From NCBI RefSeq assembly GCF_009914755.1, contig NC_060940.1: a DNA stretch of 64,000 nucleotides. One strand, written 5' to 3'. How positions within the stretch are numbered: position 1 is the first letter of the stretch; the number at the start of each line of letters is the position of its first letter. A model generated the notes under the pieces. The model was not told the DNA's origin. It saw only the letters and a program-made list of their open reading frames with translations, and ran no database searches. This DNA comes from the human T2T-CHM13v2.0 reference genome, Homo sapiens. The translations under genes were made by a program, and so were the position numbers. This document shows positions 51,300 to 64,000 of the stretch, in pieces.

Positions 51300-54200
51300 C
51301 AATTTGCAAGTGGAGACTTCAAGCGCTTTGAGGCCAAAGGCAGAAAAGGAAATATCTTCGTATAAAAACCCGACAGAATCATTCTCAGAAACTGCTCTGT
51401 GATGTGTGCGTTCAACTCACAGAGTTTAACTTTTCTTTTCATTCAGCAGTTTGGAAACACTCTGTTTGTAAAGTCTGCAAGTGGATATCTTGGCCTCTTA
51501 GAGGCCTTCGTTGGAAGCGGGTTTTTTCATGTAAGGTTAGACAGAGGAATTCCCACTAACTTCCTTGTGTTGTGTGCATTCAACTCACAGAGTTGAATGA
51601 TTCTTTACACAGAGCAGATTTGAGACACTCTTTTGGTGGAATTTGTAAGTGGAGAATTCAGCCGCTTTGATGTCAACGGTAGAAAAGGAAATATCTTCGT
51701 ATAAAAACTAGACAGAATGATTCTCAGAAACTGTTTTGTGATGTGTGCTTTCAACTCACAGAGTTTAACCTTTCTTTTCAAAGAGCAGTTAGGAAACACT
51801 CTGTTTGTAAAGTCTGCAAGTGGATATTCAGACCTCTTTGAGGCCTTCGTTGGAAACGGGATTTCTTCATATTATGCTAGACAGATGAATTCTCAGTAAC
51901 TTCCTTGTGTTGTGTGTATTCAACTCACAGAGTTGAACGATCCTTTACACAGAGCAGATTTGAAACACTGTTTTTCTGGAATTTGCAAGTGGAGATTTCA
52001 GCCGCTTTGAGGTCAATGGTAGAAAAGGAAATATCTTCGTATAAAAACTAGACAGAATGATTCTCAGAAACTCCTTTGTGATGTGTGCGTTCAACTCACA
52101 GAGTTTAACCTTTCTTTTCACAGAGCAGTTAGGAAACACTCTGTTTGTGAAGCCTGCCAGTGGATATTCGGACCTCTTTGAGGCCTTCGTTGGAAACGGG
52201 ATTTCTTCATATTATGCTAGACAGAAGATTTCTCAGTAACTTCTTTGTGTTGTGTGTATGCAACTCACAGAGTTCAACCTTCCTTTAGACAGAGCAGATT
52301 TGAAACACTCTTTTTGTGGAATTTGCAAGTGGAGATTTCAAGCGCTTCGATGCCAATGGTAGAAAAGGAAATATCTTCGTATAAAAACAAGACAAACTCG
52401 TTCCCAGACACTGCGTAGTGATGTGTGTGTTTAACTGACAGAGTTTAACCTTTCTTTTCATACAGCATTCTGGAAACCCTGTGTTTGTAAAGTCTGCAAG
52501 TGGATATTTGGACCTCTTAGATGCCTTCGTTGGAAACGGGATTTCTTCATATAATGCTAGAGGGAAGAATTCTTAGTAACTTCTTTGTGTTGTGTGTATT
52601 CAACTGACAGAGTTGAACCTTCCTTTAGACAGAGCAGATTTGAAAGTCTCTTTTTGTGGAATTTGCAAGTGGAGATTTCAAGCGCTTTGAGGCCAAAAGC
52701 AGAAAAGGAAATATTTTCCTATAAAAACTCGACAGAATCTTTCTCAGAAACTGCTCTGGGATGTGTGCGTTCAACTCACAGAGTTTAACTTTTCTTTTCA
52801 TTCAGCAGTTTGGAAACACTCTGTTTGGAAAGTCTGCACGTGGATATTTTGACCTCTTTGAGGCCTTCGTTGGAAACGGGTTTTTTTCATGTAAGGCTAG
52901 ACAGAAGAAATCTCAGTAACTTCCTTGTGTTGTGTGTATTCAACTGACAGAGTTGAACCTTCCTTTAGACAGAGCAGATTCGAAACACTCTTTTTCTGCA
53001 ATTTGCAAGTGGAGACTTCAAGCGCTTTGAGGCCAAAGGCAGAAAAGGAAATATCTTCGTATAAAAACCCGACAGAATCATTCTCAGAAACTGCTCTGTG
53101 ATGTGTGCGTTCAACTCACAGAGTTTAACTTTTCTTTTCATTCAGCAGTTTGGAAACACTCTGTTTGTAAAGTCTGCAAGTGGATATCTTGGCCTCTTAG
53201 AGGCCTTCGTTGGAAACGGGTTTTTTCATGTAAGGTTAGACAGAGGAATTCCCAGTAACTTCCTTGTGTTGTGTGCATTCAACTCACAGAGTTGAATGAT
53301 TCTTTACACAGAGCAGTTTTGAGACACTCTTTTGGTGGAATTTGTAAGTGGAGAATTCAGCCGCTTTGAGGTCAACGGTAGAAAAGGAAATATCTTCGTA
53401 TAAAAACTAGACAGAATGATTCTCAGAAACTGTTTTGTGATGTGTGCGTTCAACTCACAGAGTTTAACCTTTCTTTTCAAAGAGCAGTTAGGAAACACTC
53501 TGTTTGTAAAGTCTGCAAGTGGATATTCAGACCTCTTTGAGGCCTTCGTTGGAAACGGGATTTCTTCATATTATGCTAGACAGATGAATTCTCAGTAACT
53601 TCCTTGTGTTGTGTGTATTCAACTCACAGAGTTGAACGATCCTTTACACAGAGCAGATTTGAAACACTGTTTTTCTGGAATTTGCAAGTGGAGATTTCAG
53701 CCGCTTTGAGGTCAATGGTAGAAAAGGAAATATCTTCGTATAAAAACTAGACAGAATGATTCTCAGAAACTCCTTTGTGATGTGTGCGTTCAACTCACAG
53801 GGTTTAACCTTTCTTTTCACAGAGCAGTTAGGAAACACTCTGTTTGTGAAGCCTGCCAGTGGATATTCGGACCTCTTTGAGGCCTTCGTTGGAAACGGGA
53901 TTTCTTCATATTATGCTAGACAGAAGATTTCTCAGTAACTTCTTTGTGTTGTGTGTATGCAACTCACAGAGTTCAACCTTCCTTTAGACAGAGCAGATTT
54001 GAAACACTCTTTTTGTGGAATTTGCAAGTGGAGATTTCAAGCGCTTCGATGCCAATGGTAGAAAAGGAAATATCTTCGTATAAAAACAAGACAAACTCGT
54101 TCCCAGACACTGCGTAGTGATGTGTGTGTTTAACTCACAGAGTTTAACCTTTCTTTTCATACAGCATTCTGGAAACCCTGTGTTTGTAAAGTCTGCAAGT

Positions 54201-57200
54201 GGATATTTGGACCTCTTAGATGCCTTCGTTGGAAACGGGATTTCTTCATATAATGCTAGAGGGAAGAATTCTTAGTAACTTCTTTGTGTTGTGTGTATTC
54301 AACTGACAGAGTTGAACCTTCCTTTAGACAGAGCAGATTTGAAAGTCTCTTTTTGTGGAATTTGCAAGTGGAGATTTCAAGCGCTTTGAGGCCAAAAGCA
54401 GAAAAGGAAATATTTTCCTATAAAAACTCGACAGAATCTTTCTCAGAAACTGCTCTGGGATGTGTGCGTTCAACTCACAGAGTTTAACTTTTCTTTTCAT
54501 TCAGCAGTTTGGAAACACTCTGTTTGGAAAGTCTGCACGTGGATATTTTGACCTCTTTGAGGCCTTCGTTGGAAACGGGTTTTTTTCATGTAAGGCTAGA
54601 CAGAAGAAATCTCAGTAACTTCCTTGTGTTGTGTGTATTCAACTGACAGAGTTGAACCTTCCTTTAGACAGAGCAGATTCGAAACACTCTTTTTCTGCAA
54701 TTTGCAAGTGGAGACTTCAAGCGCTTTGAGGCCAAAGGCAGAAAAGGAAATATCTTCGTATAAAAACCCGACAGAATCATTCTCAGAAACTGCTCTGTGA
54801 TGTGTGCGTTCAACTCACAGAGTTTAACTTTTCTTTTCATTCAGCAGTTTGGAAACACTCTGTTTGTAAAGTCTGCAAGTGGATATCTTGGCCTCTTAGA
54901 GGCCTTCGTTGGAAGCGGGTTTTTTCATGTAAGGTTAGACAGAGGAATTCCCACTAACTTCCTTGTGTTGTGTGCATTCAACTCACAGAGTTGAATGATT
55001 CTTTACACAGAGCAGATTTGAGACACTCTTTTGGTGGAATTTGTAAGTGGAGAATTCAGCCGCTTTGATGTCAACGGTAGAAAAGGAAATATCTTCGTAT
55101 AAAAACTAGACAGAATGATTCTCAGAAACTGTTTTGTGATGTGTGCTTTCAACTCACAGAGTTTAACCTTTCTTTTCAAAGAGAAGTTAGGAAACACTCT
55201 GTTTGTAAAGTCTGCAAGTGGATATTCAGACCTCTTTGAGGCCTTCGTTGGAAACGGGATTTCTTCATATTATGCTAGACAGATGAATTCTCAGTAACTT
55301 CCTTGTGTTGTGTGTATTCAACTCACAGAGTTGAACGATCCTTTACACAGAGCAGATTTGAAACACTGTTTTTCTGGAATTTGCAAGTGGAGATTTCAGC
55401 CGCTTTGAGGTCAATGGTAGAAAAGGAAATATCTTCGTATAAAAACTAGACAGAATGATTCTCAGAAACTCCTTTGTGATGTGTGCGTTCAACTCACAGA
55501 GTTTAACCTTTCTTTTCACAGAGCAGTTAGGAAACACTCTGTTTGTGAAGCCTGCCAGTGGATATTCGGACCTCTTTGAGGCCTTCGTTGGAAACGGGAT
55601 TTCTTCATATTATGCTAGACAGAAGATTTCTCAGTAACTTCTTTGTGTTGTGTGTATGCAACTCACAGAGTTCAACCTTCCTTTAGACAGAGCAGATTTG
55701 AAACACTCTTTTTGTGGAATTTGCAAGTGGAGATTTCAAGCGCTTCGATGCCAATGGTAGAAAAGGAAATATCTTCGTATAAAAACAAGACAAACTCGTT
55801 CCCAGACACTGCGTAGTGATGTGTGTGTTTAACTGACAGAGTTTAACCTTTCTTTTCATACAGCATTCTGGAAACCCTGTGTTTGTAAAGTCTGCAAGTG
55901 GATATTTGGACCTCTTAGATGCCTTCGTTGGAAACGGGATTTCTTCATATAATGCTAGAGGGAAGAATTCTTAGTAACTTCTTTGTGTTGTGTGTATTCA
56001 ACTGACAGAGTTGAACCTTCCTTTAGACAGAGCAGATTTGAAAGTCTCTTTTTGTGGAATTTGCAAGTGGAGATTTCAAGCGCTTTGAGGCCAAAAGCAG
56101 AAAAGGAAATATTTTCCTATAAAAACTCGACAGAATCTTTCTCAGAAACTGCTCTGGGATGTGTGCGTTCAACTCACAGAGTTTAACTTTTCTTTTCATT
56201 CAGCAGTTTGGAAACACTCTGTTTGGAAAGTCTGCACGTGGATATTTTGACCTCTTTGAGGCCTTCGTTGGAAACGGGTTTTTTTCATGTAAGGCTAGAC
56301 AGAAGAAATCTCAGTAACTTCCTTGTGTTGTGTGTATTCAACTGACAGAGTTGAACCTTCCTTTAGACAGAGCAGATTCGAAACACTCTTTTTCTGCAAT
56401 TTGCAAGTGGAGACTTCAAGCGCTTTGAGGCCAAAGGCAGAAAAGGAAATATCTTCGTATAAAAACCCGACAGAATCATTCTCAGAAACTGCTCTGTGAT
56501 GTGTGCGTTCAACTCACAGAGTTTAACTTTTCTTTTCATTCAGCAGTTTGGAAACACTCTGTTTGTAAAGTCTGCAAGTGGATATCTTGGCCTCTTAGAG
56601 GCCTTCGTTGGAAACGGGTTTTTTCATGTAAGGTTAGACAGAGGAATTCCCAGTAACTTCCTTGTGTTGTGTGCATTCAACTCACAGAGTTGAATGATTC
56701 TTTACACAGAGCAGTTTTGAGACACTCTTTTGGTGGAATTTGTAAGTGGAGAATTCAGCCGCTTTGAGGTCAACGGTAGAAAAGGAAATATCTTCGTATA
56801 AAAACTAGACAGAATGATTCTCAGAAACTGTTTTGTGATGTGTGCGTTCAACTCACAGAGTTTAACCTTTCTTTTCAAAGAGCAGTTAGGAAACACTCTG
56901 TTTGTAAAGTCTGCAAGTGGATATTCAGACCTCTTTGAGGCCTTCGTTGGAAACGGGATTTCTTCATATTATGCTAGACAGATGAATTCTCAGTAACTTC
57001 CTTGTGTTGTGTGTATTCAACTCACAGAGTTGAACGATCCTTTACACAGAGCAGATTTGAAACACTGTTTTTCTGGAATTTGCAAGTGGAGATTTCAGCC
57101 GCTTTGAGGTCAATGGTAGAAAAGGAAATATCTTCGTATAAAAACTAGACAGAATGATTCTCAGAAACTCCTTTGTGATGTGTGCGTTCAACTCACAGGG

Positions 57201-58100
57201 TTTAACCTTTCTTTTCACAGAGCAGTTAGGAAACACTCTGTTTGTGAAGCCTGCCAGTGGATATTCGGACCTCTTTGAGGCCTTCGTTGGAAACGGGATT
57301 TCTTCATATTATGCTAGACAGAAGATTTCTCAGTAACTTCTTTGTGTTGTGTGTATGCAACTCACAGAGTTCAACCTTCCTTTAGACAGAGCAGATTTGA
57401 AACACTCTTTTTGTGGAATTTGCAAGTGGAGATTTCAAGCGCTTCGATGCCAATGGTAGAAAAGGAAATATCTTCGTATAAAAACAAGACAAACTCGTTC
57501 CCAGACACTGCGTAGTGATGTGTGTGTTTAACTCACAGAGTTTAACCTTTCTTTTCATACAGCATTCTGGAAACCCTGTGTTTGTAAAGTCTGCAAGTGG
57601 ATATTTGGACCTCTTAGATGCCTTCGTTGGAAACGGGATTTCTTCATATAATGCTAGAGGGAAGAATTCTTAGTAACTTCTTTTTGTTGTGTGTATTCAA
57701 CTGACAGAGTTGAACCTTCCTTTAGACAGAGCAGATTTGAAAGTCTCTTTTTGTGGAATTTGCAAGTGGAGATTTCAAGCGCTTTGAGGCCAAAAGCAGA
57801 AAAGGAAATATTTTCCTATAAAAACTCGACAGAATCTTTCTCAGAAACTGCTCTGGGATGTGTGCGTTCAACTCACAGAGTTTAACTTTTCTTTTCATTC
57901 AGCAGTTTGGAAACACTCTGTTTGGAAAGTCTGCACGTGGATATTTTGACCTCTTTGAGGCCTTCGTTGGAAACGGGTTTTTTTCATGTAAGGCTAGACA
58001 GAAGAAATCTCAGTAACTTCCTTGTGTTGTGTGTATTCAACTGACAGAGTTGAACCTTCCTTTAGACAGAGCAGATTCGAAACACTCTTTTTCTGCAATT
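51300..58100 (+). repeat. Tandem duplication of a 2-HOR block (period 3,398 bp); boundaries approximate
   Basis: The private GGAAGCGG box variant occurs at 51517 and 54915, and each copy is followed by the same HOR type. Confidence 0.8.
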
Positions 58101-61100
58101 TGCAAGTGGAGACTTCAAGCGCTTTGAGGCCAAAGGCAGAAAAGGAAATATCTTCGTATAAAAACCCGACAGAATCATTCTCAGAAACTGCTCTGTGATG
58201 TGTGCGTTCAACTCACAGAGTTTAACTTTTCTTTTCATTCAGCAGTTTGGAAACACTCTGTTTGTAAAGTCTGCAAGTGGATATCTTGGCCTCTTAGAGG
58301 CCTTCGTTGGAAACGGGTTTTTTCATGTAAGGATAGACACAGGAATTCCCAGTAACTTCCTTGTGTTGTGTGCATTCAACTCACAGAGTTGAATGATTCT
58401 TTACACAGAGCAGTTTTGAGACACTCTTTTGGTGGAATTTGTAAGTGGAGAATTCAGCCGCTTTGAGGTCAACGGTAGAAAAGGAAATATCTTCGTATAA
58501 AAACTAGACAGAATGATTCTCAGAAACTGTTTTGTGATGTGTGCGTTCAACTCACAGAGTTTAACCTTTCTTTTCAAAGAGCAGTTAGGAAACACTCTGT
58601 TTGTAAAGTCTGCAAGAGGATATTCAGACCTCTTTGAGGCCTTCGTTGGAAACGGGATTTCTTCATATTATGCTAGACAGATGAATTCTCAGTAACTTCC
58701 TTGTGTTGTGTGTATTCAACTCACAGAGTTGAACGATCCTTTACACAGAGCAGATTTGAAACACTGTTTTTCTGGAATTTGCAAGTGGAGATTTCAGCCG
58801 CTTTGAGGTCAATGGTAGAAAAGGAAATATCTTCGTATAAAAACTAGACAGAATGATTCTCAGAAACTCCTTTGTGATGTGTGCGTTCAACTCACAGAGT
58901 TTAACCTTTCTTTTCACAGAGCAGTTAGGAAACACTCTGTTTGTGAAGCCTGCCAGTGGATATTCGGACCTCTTTGAGGCCTTCGTTGGAAACGGGATTT
59001 CTTCATATTATGCTATTCAGAAGATTTCTCAGTAACTTCTTTGTGTTGTGTGTATGCAACTCACAGAGTTCAACCTTCCTTTAGACAGAGCAGATTTGAA
59101 ACACTCTTTTTGTGGAATTTGCAAGTGGAGATTTCAAGCGCTTCGATGCCAATGGTAGAAAAGGAAATATCTTCGTATAAAAACAAGACAAACTCGTTCC
59201 CAGACACTGCGTAGTGATGTGTGTGTTTAACTCACAGAGTTTAACCTTTCTTTTCATACAGCATTCTGGAAACCCTGTGTTTGTAAAGTCTGCAAGTGGA
59301 TATTTGGACCTCTTAGATGCCTTCGTTGGAAACGGGATTTCTTCATATAATGCTAGAGGGAAGAATTCTTAGTAACTTCTTTGTGTTGTGTGTATTCAAC
59401 TGACAGAGTTGCACCTTCCTTTAGACAGAGCAGATTTGAAAGTCTCTTTTTGTGGAATTTGCAAGTGGAGATTTCAAGCGCTTTGAGGCCAAAAGCAGAA
59501 AAGGAAATATTTTCCTATAAAAACTCGACAGAATCTTTCTCAGAAACTGCTCTGGGATGTGTGCGTTCAACTCACAGAGTTTAACTTTTCTTTTCATTCA
59601 GCAGTTTGGAAACACTCTGTTTGGAAAGTCTGCACGTGGATATTTTGACCTCTTTGAGGCCTTCGTTGGAAACGGGTTTTTTTCATGTAAGGCTAGACAG
59701 AAGAAATCTCAGTAACTTCCTTGTGTTGTGTGTATTCAACTGACAGAGTTGAACCTTCCTTTAGACAGAGCAGATTCGAAACACTCTTTTTCTGCAATTT
59801 GCAAGTGGAGACTTCAAGCGCTTTGAGGCCAAAGGCAGAAAAGGAAATATCTTCGTATAAAAACCCGACAGAATCATTCTCAGAAACTGCTCTGTGATGT
59901 GTGCGTTCAACTCACAGAGTTTAACTTTTCTTTTCATTCAGCAGTTTGGAAACACTCTGTTTGTAAAGTCTGCAAGTGGATATCTTGGCCTCTTAGAGGC
60001 CTTCGTTGGAAACGGGTTTTTTCATGTAAGGATAGACAGAGGAATTCCCAGTAACTTCCTTGTGTTGTGTGCATTCAACTCACAGAGTTGAATGATTCTT
60101 TACACAGAGCAGATTTGAGACACTCTTTTGGTGGAATTTGTAAGTGGAGAATTCAGCCGCTTTGAGGTCAACGGTAGAAAAGGAAATATCTTCGTATAAA
60201 AACTAGACAGAATGATTCTCAGAAACTGTTTTGTGATGTGTGCGTTCAACTCACAGAGTTTAACCTTTCTTTTCAAAGAGCAGTTAGGAAACACTCTGTT
60301 TGTAAAGTCTGCAAGTGGATATTCAGACCTCTTTGAGGCCTTCGTTGGAAACGGGATTTCTTCATATTATGCTAGACAGATGAATTCTCAGTAACTTCCT
60401 TGTGTTGTGTGTATTCAACTCACAGAGTTGAACGATCCTTTACACAGAGCAGATTTGAAACACTGTTTTTCTGGAATTTGCAAGTGGAGATTTCAGCCGC
60501 TTTGAGGTCAATGGTAGAAAAGGAAATATCTTCGTATAAAAACTAGACAGAATGATTCTCAGAAACTCCTTTGTGATGTGTGCGTTCAACTCACAGAGTT
60601 TAACCTTTCTTTTCACAGAGCAGTTAGGAAACACTCTGTTTGTGAAGCCTGCCAGTGGATATTCGGACCTCTTTGAGGCCTTCGTTGGAAACGGGATTTC
60701 TTCATATTATGCTAGACAGAAGATTTCTCAGTAACTTCTTTGTGTTGTGTGTATGCAACTCACAGAGTTCAACCTTCCTTTAGACAGAGCAGATTTGAAA
60801 CACTCTTTTTGTGGAATTTGCAAGTGGAGATTTCAAGCGCTTCGATGCCAATGGTAGAAAAGGAAATATCTTCGTATAAAAACAAGACAAACTCGTTCCC
60901 AGACACTGCGTAGTGATGTGTGTGTTTAACTCACAGAGTTTAACCTTTCTTTTCATACAGCATTCTGGAAACCCTGTGTTTGTAAAGTCTGCAAGTGGAT
61001 ATTTGGACCTCTTAGATGCCTTCGTTGGAAACGGGATTTCTTCATATAATGCTAGAGGGAAGAATTCTTAGTAACTTCTTTGTGTTGTGTGTATTCAACT

Positions 61101-64000
61101 GACAGAGTTGAACCTTCCTTTAGACAGAGCAGATTTGAAAGTCTCTTTTTGTGGAATTTGCAAGTGGAGATTTCAAGCGCTTTGAGGCCAAAAGCAGAAA
61201 AGGAAATATTTTCCTATAAAAACTCGACAGAATCTTTCTCAGAAACTGCTCTGGGATGTGTGCGTTCAACTCACAGAGTTTAACTTTTCTTTTCATTCAG
61301 CAGTTTGGAAACACTCTGTTTGGAAAGTCTGCACGTGGATATTTTGACCTCTTTGAGGCCTTCGTTGGAAACGGGTTTTTTTCATGTAAGGCTATACAGA
61401 AGAAATCTCAGTAACTTCCTTGTGTTGTGTGTATTCAACTGACAGAGTTGAACCTTCCTTTAGACAGAGCAGATTCGAAACACTCTTTTTCTGCAATTTG
61501 CAAGTGGAGACTTCAAGCGCTTTGAGGCCAAAGGCAGAAAAGGAAATATCTTCGTATAAAAACCCGACAGAATCATTCTCAGAAACTGCTCTGTGATGTG
61601 TGCGTTCAACTCACAGAGTTTAACTTTTCTTTTCATTCAGCAGTTTGGAAACACTCTGTTTGTAAAGTCTGCAAGTGGATATCTTGGCCTCTTAGAGGCC
61701 TTCGTTGGAAACGGGTTTTTTCATGTAAGGTTAGACAGAGGAATTCCCAGTAACTTCCTTGTGTTGTGTGCATTCAACTCACAGAGTTGAATGATTCTTT
61801 ACACAGAGCAGATTTGAGACACTCTTTTGGTGGAATTTGTAAGTGGAGAATTCAGCCGCTTTGAGGTCAACGGTAGAAAAGGAAATATCTTCGTATAAAA
61901 ACTAGACAGAATGATTCTCAGAAACTGTTTTGTGATGTGTGCGTTCAACTCACAGAGTTTAACCTTTCTTTTCAAAGAGCAGTTAGGAAACACTCTGTTT
62001 GTAAAGTCTGCAAGTGGATATTCAGACCTCTTTGAGGCCTTCGTTGGAAACGGGATTTCTTCATATTATGCTAGACAGATGAATTCTCAGTAACTTCCTT
62101 GTGTTGTGTGTATTCAACTCACAGAGTTGAACGATCCTTTACACAGAGCAGATTTGAAACACTGTTTTTCTGGAATTTGCAAGTGGAGATTTCAGCCGCT
62201 TTGAGGTCAATGGTAGAAAAGGAAATATCTTCGTATAAAAACTAGACAGAATGATTCTCAGAAACTCCTTTGTGATGTGTGCGTTCAACTCACAGAGTTT
62301 AACCTTTCTTTTCACAGAGCAGTTAGGAAACACTCTGTTTGTGAAGCCTGCCAGTGGATATTCGGACCTCTTTGAGGCCTTCGTTGGAAACGGGATTTCT
62401 TCATATTATGCTAGACAGAAGATTTCTCAGTAACTTCTTTGTGTTGTGTGTATGCAACTCACAGAGTTCAACCTTCCTTTAGACAGAGCAGATTTGAAAC
62501 ACTCTTTTTGTGGAATTTGCAAGTGGAGATTTCAAGCGCTTCGATGCCAATGGTAGAAAAGGAAATATCTTCGTATAAAAACAAGACAAACTCGTTCCCA
62601 GACACTGCGTAGTGATGTGTGTGTTTAACTCACAGAGTTTCACCTTTCTTTTCATACAGCATTCTGGAAACCCTGTGTTTGTAAAGTCTGCAAGTGGATA
62701 TTTGGACCTCTTAGATGCCTTCGTTGGAAACGGGATTTCTTCATATAATGCTAGAGGGAAGAATTCTTAGTAACTTCTTTGTGTTGTGTGTATTCAACTG
62801 ACAGAGTTGAACCTTCCTTTAGACAGAGCAGATTTGAAAGTCTCTTTTTGTGGAATTTGCAAGTGGAGATTTCAAGCGCTTTGAGGCCAAAAGCAGAAAA
62901 GGAAATATTTTCCTATAAAAACTAGACAGAATCTTTCTCAGAAACTGCTCTGGGATGTGTGCGTTCAACTCACAGAGTTTAACTTTTCTTTTCATTCAGC
63001 AGTTTGGAAACACTCTGTTTGGAAAGTCTGCACGTGGATATTTTGACCTCTTTGAGGCCTTCGTTGGAAACGGGTTTTTTTCATGTAAGGCTAGACAGAA
63101 GAAATCTCAGTAACTTCCTTGTGTTGTGTGTATTCAACTGACAGAGTTGAACCTTCCTTTAGACAGAGCAGATTCGAAACACTCTTTTTCTGCAATTTGC
63201 AAGTGGAGACTTCAAGCGCTTTGAGGCCAAAGGCAGAAAAGGAAATATCTTCGTATAAAAACCCGACAGAATCATTCTCAGAAACTGCTCTGTGATGTGT
63301 GCGTTCAACTCACAGAGTTTAACTTTTCTTTTCATTCAGCAGTTTGGAAACACTCTGTTTGTAAAGTCTGCAAGTGGATATCTTGGCCTCTTAGAGGCCT
63401 TCGTTGGAAACGGGTTTTTTCATGTAAGGTTAGACAGAGGAATTCCCACTAACTTCCTTGTGTTGTGTGCATTCAACTCACAGAGTTGAATGATTCTTTA
63501 CACAGAGCAGATTTGAGACACTCTTTTGGTGGAATTTGTAAGTGGAGAATTCAGCCGCTTTGATGTCAACGGTAGAAAAGGAAATATCTTCGTATAAAAA
63601 CTAGACAGAATGATTCTCAGAAACTGTTTTGTGATGTGTGCTTTCAACTCACAGAGTTTAACCTTTCTTTTCAAAGAGCAGTTAGGAAACACTCTGTTTG
63701 TAAAGTCTGCAAGTGGATATTCAGACCTCTTTGAGGCCTTCGTTGGAAACGGGATTTCTTCATATTATGCTAGACAGATGAATTCTCAGTAACTTCCTTG
63801 TGTTGTGTGTATTCAACTCACAGAGTTGAACGATCCTTTACACAGAGCAGATTTGAAACACTGTTTTTCTGGAATTTGCAAGTGGAGATTTCAGCCGCTT
63901 TGAGGTCAATGGTAGAAAAGGAAATATCTTCGTATAAAAACTAGACAGAATGATTCTCAGAAACTCCTTTGTGATGTGTGCGTTCAACTCACAGGGTTTA

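Larger units (their letters stand above)
1..64000 (+). repeat. Centromeric alpha-satellite HOR array: 10-mer, 1,699-bp unit, SF1-type dimeric; probably human chr16 D16Z2
   Basis: Typical alphoid monomer motifs (CATTCTCAGAAACT, TTCAACTCACAGAGTT, TGCAAGTGGA, CTTCGTTGGAAACGGG) recur about every 170 bp. Identical ORF markers recur at 431, 2130, 3829 ... 63292 with a 1,699-bp period, except one 1,697-bp step (10625 to 12322). The alpha-satellite call is essentially certain. The D16Z2 assignment (about 0.8) rests on the known 1.7-kb 10-mer dimeric HOR of chr16. Confidence 0.98.

Noticed and set aside
431-63792. More than 200 short ORFs (60-67 aa) on both strands
   Set aside because: They are translations of alpha-satellite monomers repeating with the 340/1,699-bp period. 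Many use GTG/TTG starts, and they are freely lost to stop-creating SNVs. They do not resemble any protein I recognise and are useful only as variant markers.
1-64000. CRISPR-like array (regularly spaced conserved 17-mers)
   Set aside because: The intervening sequences are themselves repeated, there are no unique spacers or cas genes, and the motif is the CENP-B box.
1-64000. Transposon insertion, inversion or monomer-deleted HOR variant
   Set aside because: The HOR period is 1,699 bp at every step but one (1,697), which leaves no room for an insertion or monomer loss, and orientation is constant.
1-64000. A previously undescribed gene-encoded biological system
   Set aside because: All sequence is explained by a known satellite family; only the array's mutational and duplication history is potentially new.

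Overview
The whole 64 kb window is one uninterrupted head-to-tail array of primate centromeric alpha-satellite DNA, almost certainly human. About 170-bp monomers form about 340-bp A/B dimers (suprachromosomal family 1 type), and five dimers form a 1,699-bp 10-monomer higher-order repeat (HOR) present in about 37.7 near-identical copies, all in one orientation. Every second monomer has a CENP-B box (about 188 boxes; I saw only one disrupted). The 1.7-kb dimeric 10-mer best fits the chromosome 16 active array D16Z2, which is inference from HOR length and architecture. I found no genes, transposons, inversions or truncated HORs, and all listed ORFs are artefacts of the repeat. I found no credible new gene system. 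The informative signal is in the HOR variants, read by eye: nested 1-, 2- and 5-HOR duplications, a long-range 5-HOR duplicate, chimeric HORs, short conversion-like tracts, and one divergent island at about 10.9-13.9 kb holding the only indels and the only broken CENP-B box seen. Units are numbered U1-U38 by the recurring ORF marker at 431, 2130, ... 63292.
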